DNA of 62,168 nt from a virus (Duplodnaviria; Caudoviricetes): IMG/VR virus record IMGVR_UViG_3300042887_001901, positions 1 through 62,168 of that record. One strand, given 5' to 3'. Below the pieces are notes generated by a model, which was not told where the DNA came from, searched no databases, and saw only the letters and a program-made list of their open reading frames with translations. The position numbers were made by a program, and so were the translations under genes. Position 1 is the stretch's first letter. Each line of letters opens with the position of its first letter. Below are positions 19,412 to 30,121 of this stretch, one piece after another.

Positions 19412-21317
19412 AGTAGTTCATAAACCTTGGGGTAAAGAAGAATGGCTTGAGTTAAATGATGCTTACTGCTATAAAAGAATTTATATCAATGCCGGTTATA
19501 AAACATCATACCAATACCATCAGTTTAAAAAAGAAACCAATTATATTATAGAGGGTACAGCTGAGGTATGGTTAGAAAATGATGAAGGCGTTGTTGAAAA
19601 GAAGATAATGAAAGGTGGAGAATTTTTTAATGTAACACCTCCTAAAAAACATAGAGTAATAGCTATCACAGATATTATCCTACAAGAGGTATCTACACCA
19701 CACGTAGATGATGTATTTAGAATTGATGATGAGTTTCATAGAGCAGATGGTAAAGTAGAAGCAGAACATAAAACACCAGCTGTATTAGTATTAGCTGCAG
19801 GTTTAGGTTCTCGTTTAGGTAATTTAACTAAAAATATAAATAAAGCAATGTTACCAATAGATAACAAAGCTATTATATCTTATATTGTAGATAAGTTTCC
19901 TAAAGAATATGAATTTATAGTTTGCTTAGGTTATAAAGGTGAAGAATTAAAACAATACTGCCAATTAGCTTATCCAGAACATAACTTTACATTTGTTAAC
20001 ATTGACAAGTACGAAGGCGAAGGTTCAGGACCAGGTTATTCATCATTACAATGTAAACAATACTTACAACGTCCATTCTACTTTGTAGTAGCGGATTGTA
20101 TTATTGATTCTAAAATGCCTCACTTAGATGGTAACTGGTTAGGTGTTTATCCTACAGCTTACCCTGAAAAATATTCTACAGCACAATTAGATAAAGATGA
20201 TAATGTAACATCATTTGTAAATAAAAATGCTGAGGGTTATGATAACGCATTTATTGGTTTAGCTAGTATTTGGGACTATGATGTATTCTGGAGTGAATTA
20301 GAGGCTAATATGAAAAATGGAGAAATAGTATCTGCATTTGAAAATGTTTCTAAATATCCTGGTTTTAAAGCTAAACATTTAAAGTGGTTAGATACAGGTA
20401 ATTTAGACGACTTAAATAGAACTAAAGAATATTTTAATGATAATCCTTTATCGTTGTATAAAGTAACAGATGAAATTACTTATAAAGCATCTAAGTTTAT
20501 TAAATTCGTTCCTAATAAGGATCTTAATAAAAATAAATCTGAACGTGCTGAAATACTAAAAGATTTAATTCCATCAGGATTTGCATCAACAGATAACTTT
20601 ATCAGTTATGACTGGGAATCAGGTGATACATTATATCGTTATGATTCAAGTTATATCTACATTAAATTCCTAGATAAATTAAAATCTAATATTATCAAAA
20701 GTGAAAAATACCATGGTGATAGAGAATTATTTGATAAATTTTACGGTATTAAAACTAAAGATAGAGTAGATGCATTTTTAGATAGATTTGGTTCTGAATA
20801 CTTTACTCAAAAGTATAATATTAATGGTAAACAATATAAATCAATGGATTCTATATTGGCTCAATATAATACAGATGTATTCTATGATAATCCAATGTAT
20901 ACATTATTTCATGGTGATTTACAGTTTGATAATATACTTTGGGATAATTCAAATAAATTTACATATATCGACTGGAGAGAATCATTTGGTGGGTCAACAA
21001 AAGGTGGCGATATTTACTACGATTTAGCTAAGCTATATGGTGGTACTATTATTCCTTATAATATGATGAAGGAAGAAAATGCTATTGAATTAGTAGAAGG
21101 ATCTACAGTAGTAAAATATGATTATTTTGTTAGTGAAGACCTAGATGAATTTAGAGACTATTATAAAGATTGGTTAGCTAAAAATGGATATGATCTAAAT
21201 AAAGTAAAATTAATAACCGCTATAATATTCTTAAACATGTCTCCACTACATGATGAGAAATTTGGAAAGATGTTATGGTTCAAATCAATCGAATTATTAA
21301 GTGAATACTATAAATAA
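19404..21317 (+). CDS. Cupin + nucleotidyltransferase + kinase fusion
   Basis: KPWGKE/HQFKKET cupin; LAAGLGSRL...NKAMLP NTP transferase; HGDLQFDNI, IDWR, YYDLAKL APH/choline-kinase-like domain. Confidence 0.85.
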   Translation: MYKVVHKPWGKEEWLELNDAYCYKRIYINAGYKTSYQYHQFKKETNYIIEGTAEVWLENDEGVVEKKIMKGGEFFNVTPPKKHRVIAITDIILQEVSTPHVDDVFRIDDEFHRADGKVEAEHKTPAVLVLAAGLGSRLGNLTKNINKAMLPIDNKAIISYIVDKFPKEYEFIVCLGYKGEELKQYCQLAYPEHNFTFVNIDKYEGEGSGPGYSSLQCKQYLQRPFYFVVADCIIDSKMPHLDGNWLGVYPTAYPEKYSTAQLDKDDNVTSFVNKNAEGYDNAFIGLASIWDYDVFWSELEANMKNGEIVSAFENVSKYPGFKAKHLKWLDTGNLDDLNRTKEYFNDNPLSLYKVTDEITYKASKFIKFVPNKDLNKNKSERAEILKDLIPSGFASTDNFISYDWESGDTLYRYDSSYIYIKFLDKLKSNIIKSEKYHGDRELFDKFYGIKTKDRVDAFLDRFGSEYFTQKYNINGKQYKSMDSILAQYNTDVFYDNPMYTLFHGDLQFDNILWDNSNKFTYIDWRESFGGSTKGGDIYYDLAKLYGGTIIPYNMMKEENAIELVEGSTVVKYDYFVSEDLDEFRDYYKDWLAKNGYDLNKVKLITAIIFLNMSPLHDEKFGKMLWFKSIELLSEYYK

Positions 21318-21918
21318 AGATACAAAGATATACGGCTCGTTTTCCTCTAACCCGGGAAATAACGGCTGTATGTTCTTTAATAATAAATTCCAAAAAAACA
21401 GCATAAATGCCATTTACAAATCATTCTACTCAGATAACATTCTCAGTTCAATAGTAGCTGCTAAGATTTTAAATTTCAGTGGTTTTGCTGTTAGTATGCC
21501 CTTTAAAGTAGAAGTATTAAATCATGTTAATGAAATAGATTTTGCAGCTAAAGTAATTGGTGCTGCTAATACTATTATAAACAGTAATGGATTTTTAAAA
21601 GCATATAATACTGATTGGATGGGTGTTTATAATTATCTTTCATTATTAACTAAACCAGAACACTTATATATCTTAGGTAATGGTGGGTTTGGTAAAGCAG
21701 TAGAATACGCTTGTATTCAGTTAAATATACCTTGCAGATTTATTCTTAGAGCTGAATGGGATAAAGTACCTAATTTAGAGGGTATGGTATTTAATGCTAC
21801 ACCAGTAGATGTAGAAGTAAGAGGAACATTGATTGATGGTAGACCATTTGTTGAAGGACAAGGTAGAGTAATTGCTGATTTACAAGCTGAAGAACAATAT
21901 AAAATTTATACAAAATGA
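21301..21918 (+). CDS. Shikimate dehydrogenase-like protein
   Basis: VSMPFK, IGAANT, YNTDW, GNGG, NATP. Confidence 0.8.
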   Translation: MNTINKDTKIYGSFSSNPGNNGCMFFNNKFQKNSINAIYKSFYSDNILSSIVAAKILNFSGFAVSMPFKVEVLNHVNEIDFAAKVIGAANTIINSNGFLKAYNTDWMGVYNYLSLLTKPEHLYILGNGGFGKAVEYACIQLNIPCRFILRAEWDKVPNLEGMVFNATPVDVEVRGTLIDGRPFVEGQGRVIADLQAEEQYKIYTK

Positions 21919-22889
21919 GTAATGTAAAATATTTCATTGGACCAATGTCTAAAAACATTGTAGATGCTATAGTTGAATTCTGTGCTAACACAGGAAATAC
22001 AATAGCCTTTATTCCTTCTCGTAGACAAGTAGAATGGGATGGGGGTTATGTAAATAACTGGACTACAGAAGAATTTAGTAAGTATGTTACTACATTACCA
22101 CTACAACGTGATCATAGTGGTCCTGGACAAGGTAACAATGACGATGATGGACTTGAATCATTAGCTTATGATGCTAAATACTTTCAATTAATTCATATTG
22201 ATCCTTGGAAAAAATATCCTGGATATGTTGATGGATTAGAGCAAACAATTAAAATGATTAAATTTGCTCTTGAAATTAATCCCCAATTAATATTTGAGGT
22301 TGGTACTGAAGAGGCAATTAGACCGTTTGAGGCAGATGAATTAAATCAATTAGTAATAGATTTATGGGCTGCTTTACCTAAAGAAACATATAAACAGATA
22401 AAATACCTAGTTATACAATCAGGAACATCACTTAAAGGTACTGATCAAACAGGTAACTATGATGCTGAACGTTTAAAAGAAATGATTAAAGTAGCTCAAC
22501 GTCATGATTTAATTTCTAAAGAACATAATGGTGATTATATTCCTGTAGAAACAATTAAAGAAAAATTTGATTTAGGATTAGATTGTATAAACATTGCTCC
22601 TGAATTTGGCTTAATAGAAACTCAAACATATCTTGATGAAATAAAAGATAGTAAAATATTTGATAGATTTTGGCAAATATGTTATGATTCTAAAAAATGG
22701 GTTAAATGGGTTAGTCCTAGCTTTGACCCTTACTACAATAAAGAACAACTAATCAAAATATGTGGTCATTATGTTTTATCTTATCCTGAATTTACTTCAG
22801 AAATAAAATCACAATTTCCAGGTATAGATGAAAAAATTAAATCAAACGTTACAAGAAAATTAAATCAGTTACATGGATACGAGGCCTAA
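21915..22889 (+). CDS. TIM-barrel sugar aldolase/epimerase (GatZ/KbaZ or UxaE-like)
   Basis: RDHSGP, IHIDP, FEVGTEE, VIQSGT, KEHNGDY, NIAPE. Confidence 0.7.
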   Translation: MSNVKYFIGPMSKNIVDAIVEFCANTGNTIAFIPSRRQVEWDGGYVNNWTTEEFSKYVTTLPLQRDHSGPGQGNNDDDGLESLAYDAKYFQLIHIDPWKKYPGYVDGLEQTIKMIKFALEINPQLIFEVGTEEAIRPFEADELNQLVIDLWAALPKETYKQIKYLVIQSGTSLKGTDQTGNYDAERLKEMIKVAQRHDLISKEHNGDYIPVETIKEKFDLGLDCINIAPEFGLIETQTYLDEIKDSKIFDRFWQICYDSKKWVKWVSPSFDPYYNKEQLIKICGHYVLSYPEFTSEIKSQFPGIDEKIKSNVTRKLNQLHGYEA

Positions 22890-23232
22890 AACAATTATAT
22901 GTGATATAGATGGAACATTAGTTAAACATAATATTCCAACAAAAAACACATCACCAAACAATTTATTAGAATTATTACCAGGCACTGTTGAAAAATTATC
23001 TGAATGGGACGCTAAAGGTTATAATATAATTTTAATTACAGGTAGAAGAGAATCAATGAGAGAAGCTACTGAAAAACAGTTAGCTGAAGTAGGTATATTT
23101 TATGACCAGTTAATTATGGGTATAGGTGGTGGGCCTAGAATTGTAATTAATGACAATAAACCTACTGGACAAGAAACAGCATTCGCTATTAATTTAGAAC
23201 GCAATAAAGGTATCGATGATATTATTCTGTAA
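22873..23232 (+). CDS. HAD-superfamily phosphatase
   Basis: CDIDGTL, ITGR, INDNKP. Confidence 0.85.
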   Translation: MDTRPKTIICDIDGTLVKHNIPTKNTSPNNLLELLPGTVEKLSEWDAKGYNIILITGRRESMREATEKQLAEVGIFYDQLIMGIGGGPRIVINDNKPTGQETAFAINLERNKGIDDIIL

Positions 23233-24298
23233 CACATTTATTACTGAGGCTAAACCATTTGGTAAAGGAAATGTAGTTAGAGATAACTTAAAGTCCTTTA
23301 ATAATTTAGATATATTCAAATATTCACTAGCTAGTTTAGCTGTTGCTTATGACTGGAGTAAAGTAATACTAAAAATATCATTAGACGACTGTTATAAACA
23401 CAGAAAAGATGAATTAGAACAATTTATCAAAAATAACTTTAGTCAATTTAATTTAGTTTTAACTTGGCAGAGAAGTGAGTATCAAAACGATTGGAAACAA
23501 GATTACGAATTATTAGATAATAATTTAATTTGGTATTATTGTAATCATGATCATATATTCTTTGATTCGTCTAAAGATTATTTAGCTGAATTAGTTGATG
23601 AAATGAAAGATGAGGAATTATGTTCATTACAATTCTCTCATTGGCCTGAAAATATTAGAACAGCTAAAAAGAATCCTAATTATGTTATCCATAACAACCA
23701 TATTTCATTTGAATCTATTAACTTTGATAGTATTCAAATTATAACTAAAGAATTATATCGTAGATGGTGGTTTGAAGGTGAATTTAACCATATTAAATTA
23801 GGTAGACCTGATTTCTTTGGAATTGGATTAGCTGAAATTAAACCTATGCCTATGCATAAGGTAATAGTACCTTTTAAAGAAATATGTCGACACTTCGATG
23901 GTTATCAACATGTACAACCTATTATAAATAATAATCAATGCCCTGCAATTGATATTCCTGTTGGATTCTTTGAAAACGATATCAAAATTAGGTATGGTTA
24001 TGATGATTATATAGAAGGATGGACCAATATAAATCCTAAAAATTTAGATTATTACGCTTACAATACAACAGGAACTGATTATAAGTTTACATTAAATGAT
24101 TTACCATTAGTTTGGAAAGATAAAACATCAGTTATAGATTCAAATATAAAATCTGACGATGACGAAATAGTTCAACATCGTTTAAAGGCAATATTTGATA
24201 TGTTTAATACATCAGAATATTTTCCTATAGATAGTGAAGTAGAAAATAAAATATTTAATAAATACTTAGAAAATTTTAATTATAGTATAGATGCTTAA
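23216..24298 (+). CDS. Putative glycosyltransferase/hypothetical protein in the sugar island
   Basis: NHDHIFFD, SHWPE, CRHFDGY; genomic context. Confidence 0.5.
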   Translation: MILFCNTFITEAKPFGKGNVVRDNLKSFNNLDIFKYSLASLAVAYDWSKVILKISLDDCYKHRKDELEQFIKNNFSQFNLVLTWQRSEYQNDWKQDYELLDNNLIWYYCNHDHIFFDSSKDYLAELVDEMKDEELCSLQFSHWPENIRTAKKNPNYVIHNNHISFESINFDSIQIITKELYRRWWFEGEFNHIKLGRPDFFGIGLAEIKPMPMHKVIVPFKEICRHFDGYQHVQPIINNNQCPAIDIPVGFFENDIKIRYGYDDYIEGWTNINPKNLDYYAYNTTGTDYKFTLNDLPLVWKDKTSVIDSNIKSDDDEIVQHRLKAIFDMFNTSEYFPIDSEVENKIFNKYLENFNYSIDA

Positions 24299-25649
24299 AA
24301 TATATTCCAATTTTATTCCACAAAACGAGCTTGAAGAAGCAATTAATGTGCCTGAATTAATTAATAAGCCCATTACTGTGTTTAATGATTACCCTAATGT
24401 AACCCCAGAATTACTTAATTTTAATCCATTTAATATATTAATGGTATTAGAACCAAATCAGTTATTTGGTATTCATGATTGGGCACTTCAAAACTACAAT
24501 TTATTTAGTTGTATATTAACAGGTGGACAAGAAATATTAGACAAATGTCCTAATGCTTTATTCTTTCCAATGGGTATTTCTTGGTTAGATAAGGAATATG
24601 TTGATAATGTAGATAATATTCAAAAACGATTTGAGGTATCGTTCTTATGTGGGGGTAAACAAAGAATTGAGGGTCATCATTTAAGACATAGATTACATAA
24701 ACGCGGTGATGAAATTACTATTCCTAAACAATGGCATTATACTTTACCTGATTATGATTATAATGAGGGTCATCATACAGTAACAGACATGTATGGTAAA
24801 AAAGTATTATGGGAAAGCATGTTTACTATTGCTATTGAAAATTCATCAAATAGAAGTTACCATACTGAAAAAATTATTGATGCATTTATTTCTAAAACAT
24901 TTCCTATATATTGGGGTTGTCCAAATTTAGAAGAATTAGGATATAATCCAGATGGATTTATATATTGTGAAAACGAAGATCAAATTATTGATGCTGTAAA
25001 TAAATTAACACCTGAATTATATGCTGAAAGAAAAGAAGCAATAGATTATAATTGTGAATTAGCTAAGCATTATGGTGATTTATTTGGTCGTTTTAAAACA
25101 ATGGTAGAAACATTAGTTGAATTTAATAATATAGAAGATAAAGTATTATCTTACGATCAGTTATTTAAAAAATATAAAGGCGATCATAAATTATTCTTTG
25201 AGACGGGTACTCATAAAGGAGATGGTGTTCAAAACGCTTTAAATATGGGCTTTGAAGAAGTTATATCAGTTGAGATATTACCTGAACTTTATGAAGGTTG
25301 TGTTAAACGTTTTAAAAATAATAATAAAATACATTTGTTCTTAGGCGATTCAAATGAGAGAATGGAGGAAATGCTTGAATTAATTAAGGAACCATCATTA
25401 ATATTTTTAGATGGACATTTTAATAATGGAGACCCATTATGGAAAGAATTAGAAATATTAAAAAACCATCCAATCAAAACACATACTATTATAGTAGATG
25501 ATATGCCTAATTACTATGGTAATGGAGAAAAAGTAAAAGAAAAATTGTTAGAAATTAATCCTAATTATACTTTAGTATATGAAGACTCACTAAACTCTGG
25601 AACAGGTAAAATACACAGAAATCATAATTTAACCGCTTATATTAAGTAA
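24291..25649 (+). CDS. GT10 (fucosyltransferase-like) + SAM methyltransferase fusion
   Basis: FTIAIENS..YHTEKIID..PIYWG (GT10); FFETGTHKG, FLDGH, IVDD (methyltransferase). Confidence 0.8.
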   Translation: MLKIYSNFIPQNELEEAINVPELINKPITVFNDYPNVTPELLNFNPFNILMVLEPNQLFGIHDWALQNYNLFSCILTGGQEILDKCPNALFFPMGISWLDKEYVDNVDNIQKRFEVSFLCGGKQRIEGHHLRHRLHKRGDEITIPKQWHYTLPDYDYNEGHHTVTDMYGKKVLWESMFTIAIENSSNRSYHTEKIIDAFISKTFPIYWGCPNLEELGYNPDGFIYCENEDQIIDAVNKLTPELYAERKEAIDYNCELAKHYGDLFGRFKTMVETLVEFNNIEDKVLSYDQLFKKYKGDHKLFFETGTHKGDGVQNALNMGFEEVISVEILPELYEGCVKRFKNNNKIHLFLGDSNERMEEMLELIKEPSLIFLDGHFNNGDPLWKELEILKNHPIKTHTIIVDDMPNYYGNGEKVKEKLLEINPNYTLVYEDSLNSGTGKIHRNHNLTAYIK

Positions 25650-26338
25650 TGAAAATATTTGTAACAGGAGGTAGTGGACATTTAGGAAAAGTATTAGTTG
25701 ATTACTTGCAAAAGGATCATGATATACTTGCTCCTAATAGTAAAGAGTGTAATGTACTTAATACCTATAATCTATATAAAATAATTAAAGATTTTAATCC
25801 TGATATTGTTATCCATTTAGCTGCTTTTGTAGATACATTTGGATGTGAGGAACGTAAAATAGATGCTTTAGATACAAACGTTTTAGGAACACTCAATATG
25901 GTAGAAGCATGTATGTATCTTGATTGTAAATTTATATACATTTCCTCTGAATATGTGTTTGGAGGTAGTAAAGGTAACTATACAGTAGATGATAGATTAG
26001 ATCCTATTAATGTGTATGGTAAAACAAAAGCAGCAGCTGAATATATAGTTTCAGTATTACCAAATCATCAAATAATAAGAGCTCCATTCATTAGACAAGT
26101 ATATCCTAAAGTATTTACTGATCAATATTGTTCTAGATACTTTCTAGATGAAGTAGTAGAAAAAATATCAAATAATATATTCAATAATCCAGATAAATTA
26201 GTTCATATAGCCTCTGAAAGGATGTCACTATATGAGTTGTATATTAAACACGAAATTGAAGCGGAACCAATTACAATGCCTGAAAATCAATTAGGTATTA
26301 TTCCTAAAGATACAAGCTTAATAAATAACAGTATATGA
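25649..26338 (+). CDS. dTDP-4-dehydrorhamnose reductase-like SDR (RmlD-like)
   Basis: TGGSGHLG, HLAA, ISSEYVF, YGKTK. Confidence 0.85.
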   Translation: MKIFVTGGSGHLGKVLVDYLQKDHDILAPNSKECNVLNTYNLYKIIKDFNPDIVIHLAAFVDTFGCEERKIDALDTNVLGTLNMVEACMYLDCKFIYISSEYVFGGSKGNYTVDDRLDPINVYGKTKAAAEYIVSVLPNHQIIRAPFIRQVYPKVFTDQYCSRYFLDEVVEKISNNIFNNPDKLVHIASERMSLYELYIKHEIEAEPITMPENQLGIIPKDTSLINNSI

Positions 26339-27231
26339 GTAAAAAAACAGCCTGCGTAGTATATTATACTGATGACAGATATGATGAATTAGCTAAAAAC
26401 GTTAAAAATAGTTTCTTAGCACATAACGGTGAGGAATGTGATTATCACCAAATTGATTATACTAATCAAGAAGAATATAATAAATTATTAGAGTATTATG
26501 AATTTGCTCCTGAAACATTCTTGATGCAGTTTATTTATGCTTATGAAATAATGAAAAAACATAATTATGAAAAGATAATTGTGTTAGGGACTGATACTAT
26601 TGTTTGTAACAGACTAGATGAATTTTTAAATGATAACACTACTCCAGTACTAGCATCTTTAAACTACCCAAATCAAGATGGAACTGAACATTGGATTACT
26701 CCATTAGTTCAAGTAACATTACCTGATGGAAATGTAGTAATGGATCATATGAATATTAATGCTGATGTAACTTGCTTTAATAGCGCTGATGCTTTAAAAA
26801 AGGTAATTGATTTAAGTATTGAACATTATTGTCATTTCTCAATTCAAGGTGGGTTAAATGAATTAGCATTTGTTGATAAATCATATGAAGTTAAAATTGT
26901 AGATGCACCTTACCCAACTAGTAAAGTAGTATACAATGCTCGCTCTAAAGGTGTGTTTGGTACTGATATGATTAGAAAAGGATTATTAGCCAAATATGGT
27001 CCTCAATATGATGGACAACCATCACCTATTAGACATTGGTATGTTAATGATAACAAATTATATACTCATGACCATAAGCAAATTAAATGCTTTCACTTCG
27101 TAGAAGGGTTAGGGGGTCGACCAATTGAATCATTTAAAGAATTAATTAATGACTTTAAAACCAATTGGTTCAATGAAGACACAATTAAGTTCTTTAAAGA
27201 ACAATGTGGATGTTCAGAATTCTTTAATTAA
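26335..27231 (+). CDS. Putative GT-A glycosyltransferase
   Basis: LGTDTIV, NADV, QGGLN pattern reminiscent of GT8; genomic context. Confidence 0.5.
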   Translation: MSKKTACVVYYTDDRYDELAKNVKNSFLAHNGEECDYHQIDYTNQEEYNKLLEYYEFAPETFLMQFIYAYEIMKKHNYEKIIVLGTDTIVCNRLDEFLNDNTTPVLASLNYPNQDGTEHWITPLVQVTLPDGNVVMDHMNINADVTCFNSADALKKVIDLSIEHYCHFSIQGGLNELAFVDKSYEVKIVDAPYPTSKVVYNARSKGVFGTDMIRKGLLAKYGPQYDGQPSPIRHWYVNDNKLYTHDHKQIKCFHFVEGLGGRPIESFKELINDFKTNWFNEDTIKFFKEQCGCSEFFN

Positions 27232-27240
27232 ATTTAGTGT

Positions 27241-28554
27241 ATGCAAGAAATATTAAAATTAGTAGATGAGTATATTCAGAAGAAACATTCTGAAAAGTCG
27301 TGGACCGCAGGTAAAGACTGGGTTCAATATGCTGGCCCATATTTCGATTCATCGGAATATATGGCTGCTGTTAAATCGTTATTAGGCGAATGGTTAGTGT
27401 TAGGTGCCGATGCGATTAAGTTCGAACGTAAATTTCCTAAATTATTCGGTAAAGAGTATGGTTTATTAACGAATAGTGGTTCAAGTGCTAATCTGTTAAT
27501 GATGGTTGCTATGACCTCTAAACGCGGCTATAATCTGCCTAAAGGAACGAAAGTAATTACTCCTATAGCTGGTTTCCCAACTACTGTAGCACCAATTATC
27601 CAATTAGGATTCGCCCCTATATTCGTTGATATCGAGCTTGAAACATTAAACCTCGATTTAGATCAAGTTGAACAAGCGTGCATTGATAACCCCGACGCTA
27701 AAATCATTACGTTCGCTCACGTATTAGGTAATCCACCAAACATGAATCGCTTGATGGCGATTATTGAAAAGTATAATTTAATATTATTAGAGGATTGCTG
27801 TGATGCTTTGGGTTCTACATTTGAAGGTAAACCATTAGGATCATTTGGTAAAATGGCTAGTTGTTCATTCTATCCAGCCCACCACATCACAATGGGTGAA
27901 GGTGGATTTGTAGCAATGAATGATCAAAATACAGAACGTATTGTTCGTAGTTTTAGAGAGTGGGGTAGAGGATGTTATTGTGTTGGTAAACAAAACTTAT
28001 TAGAAAATGGTACTTGCGATTGTCGTTTTAATAATTGGCTTCCATCATTACCAAACGATATATTTGATCACAAATATGTTTATGAGGAAATAGGATACAA
28101 TATGAAACCAATTGAATTACAAGCATCTATTGGTTTAGTACAAATGGAGAAATTAGAAGAAATAGGTATTAAACGTAAAGAAAATTATAAAAACTTATTC
28201 CAAGCATTTAGTAAATACAAACAATACTTCCAGTTACACGAAGCACAACCAGGAGCTGATGTTGATTGGTTTGCATTTCCAATAACAATTAAGGATAATA
28301 CTCCATTTAAACGTTCTGATATTTGTAAGTTCTTAGAGGCAAATAAAATACAAACACGTCCTTACTTTGCAGGTAATATTATGTTACAACCTGCTTATAC
28401 ACACTTGATGGATTCTAAAGAGGTAATTGAAAAATATCCTGTAGCTAGAAAAGTTACAACTGATACATTCTTCTTAGGTACATCACCTGTTATTAATAAG
28501 GAAAAAACAGATTATATAGAAACAATTTTAGATAAATTCATTAATCAATTATAA
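27241..28554 (+). CDS. rfbH: CDP-4-keto-6-deoxyglucose 3-dehydratase (RfbH/DdhC)
   Basis: NSGSSANL, EDCCDALG, SFYPAHHITMGEGG (His in place of the PLP Lys), DHKYVY. Confidence 0.9.
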   Translation: MQEILKLVDEYIQKKHSEKSWTAGKDWVQYAGPYFDSSEYMAAVKSLLGEWLVLGADAIKFERKFPKLFGKEYGLLTNSGSSANLLMMVAMTSKRGYNLPKGTKVITPIAGFPTTVAPIIQLGFAPIFVDIELETLNLDLDQVEQACIDNPDAKIITFAHVLGNPPNMNRLMAIIEKYNLILLEDCCDALGSTFEGKPLGSFGKMASCSFYPAHHITMGEGGFVAMNDQNTERIVRSFREWGRGCYCVGKQNLLENGTCDCRFNNWLPSLPNDIFDHKYVYEEIGYNMKPIELQASIGLVQMEKLEEIGIKRKENYKNLFQAFSKYKQYFQLHEAQPGADVDWFAFPITIKDNTPFKRSDICKFLEANKIQTRPYFAGNIMLQPAYTHLMDSKEVIEKYPVARKVTTDTFFLGTSPVINKEKTDYIETILDKFINQL

Positions 28555-29501
28555 TGAAGAAAATAGTATACATAACTGGATGTTTAGGATTTATAGGTTC
28601 ACACGTTACTAGACTATGCTTAAAGCAAGGATGGTATGTAAGAGGTATTGATAAATGTACTTATGCTGCTAATCTTAATTTATTAACAGAATTTCATGAA
28701 TATGATAACTTTGAATTTGAAAACGAAGATATTAATGATATAAAATTCTTATATGAATGTGATTATGTTATTAATACGGCTGCTGAAACGCATGTTGGAA
28801 ATTCAATAGCTAATAGTGATGCCTTTATTAAATCAAATATTGATGGTGTTCATAATTTACTTAATTTAATTAAAAATTATAGACACGAATCACCTAAATT
28901 ACCTACACTATTACATTTCAGTACTGATGAGGTATATGGTGATATAGATGAAGGAGCCCACACAGAAACAGATTTATTAAAACCATCTAATCCATATTCA
29001 GCAACTAAAGCAGCTGCTGATATGTTAGTATTAGCTTGGGGTAGAACATATAAATTACCTTATATTATTGTTAGACCAACTAACAACTATGGTGTTGGTC
29101 AGTATGTTGAAAAATTAATTCCTAAAACATGTAAGTATTTAGAATTAGGTAGAAAAATACCTTTACATAATAATGGTACACCTATTAGAAATTGGTTACA
29201 TGCTCATGATACAGCTAGAGCTATTGTTACTATTATTAATAAAGGGGTTGAAAATGAAATTTATAATATTGCAGGTGGGTTTGAGCAATCAAATTATGAT
29301 ACTGTTAGAAAAGTAATTACTGAATATAATGGTAGTAATATAGAAGATCATCTTGATTTAACTTACTCTAGAGTAGGACAAGATGTTAGATATGCTTTAG
29401 ATGACTCTAAATTAAAATCATTAGGTTGGAGACCAGTTGTAAGCTTTGATGATACATTACCTTCAATAGTAGAATATTATAAAAATAGATTTATATGGTA
29501 A
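28554..29501 (+). CDS. NDP-glucose 4,6-dehydratase (RmlB-like)
   Basis: TGCLGFIG, AAETHV, STDEVYG, PYSATKA, NNYG. Confidence 0.9.
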   Translation: MKKIVYITGCLGFIGSHVTRLCLKQGWYVRGIDKCTYAANLNLLTEFHEYDNFEFENEDINDIKFLYECDYVINTAAETHVGNSIANSDAFIKSNIDGVHNLLNLIKNYRHESPKLPTLLHFSTDEVYGDIDEGAHTETDLLKPSNPYSATKAAADMLVLAWGRTYKLPYIIVRPTNNYGVGQYVEKLIPKTCKYLELGRKIPLHNNGTPIRNWLHAHDTARAIVTIINKGVENEIYNIAGGFEQSNYDTVRKVITEYNGSNIEDHLDLTYSRVGQDVRYALDDSKLKSLGWRPVVSFDDTLPSIVEYYKNRFIW

Positions 29502-30121
29502 ATTTAAAAAAACGAATAGCAGAAATTGCTTATAAAAACAAATTAGGACACTTAGGAAGTTATTTTTCTAGTGTTGGAATTATAGATGAAATCTATTCTA
29601 AAATGGATAAAGATGATATATTCATCTTATCTTCAGGACATGCTGCTTTAGCATTATACGTTTGTTTAGAAAAATATAAAGGACAAGATGCTGAAGCATT
29701 ATTTATTAAACATGGTGGTCATCCTCACAGAGATGAAGAATGTGAAATTTATTGTTCTACAGGATCATTAGGTTTAGGTTTATGTGTTGCTTTAGGTAGA
29801 GCAGTAGCTAATCCAAAAAGAAAAGTTCAAGTATTAATTAGTGATGGTGAGTGTGCTGAGGGTAGTATTTGGGAGGCCTTAAAAACTATTAAGGAAGAAG
29901 GTATTACTAATATAGAAGTTCATGTTAATATAAATGGATATGCTGCTTATAAAGAAGTAGATGCATTATATCTTGAACAAAGATTAAAAGCATTCCTACC
30001 AGAAATTAAAATACACCATACAAATGTAGAGCAATATTCATTCTTAAAAGGATTAAATGCTCACTACCACGTAATGAATGAAGAAAATTATAATGAAGTT
30101 TTAAATTCAAACAATGACTAG
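29495..30121 (+). CDS. Transketolase-like TPP-binding subunit (N-terminal half)
   Basis: GHLGS, SSGHA, STGSLGLG, SDGECAEGSIWE. Confidence 0.88.
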   Translation: MVNLKKRIAEIAYKNKLGHLGSYFSSVGIIDEIYSKMDKDDIFILSSGHAALALYVCLEKYKGQDAEALFIKHGGHPHRDEECEIYCSTGSLGLGLCVALGRAVANPKRKVQVLISDGECAEGSIWEALKTIKEEGITNIEVHVNINGYAAYKEVDALYLEQRLKAFLPEIKIHHTNVEQYSFLKGLNAHYHVMNEENYNEVLNSNND

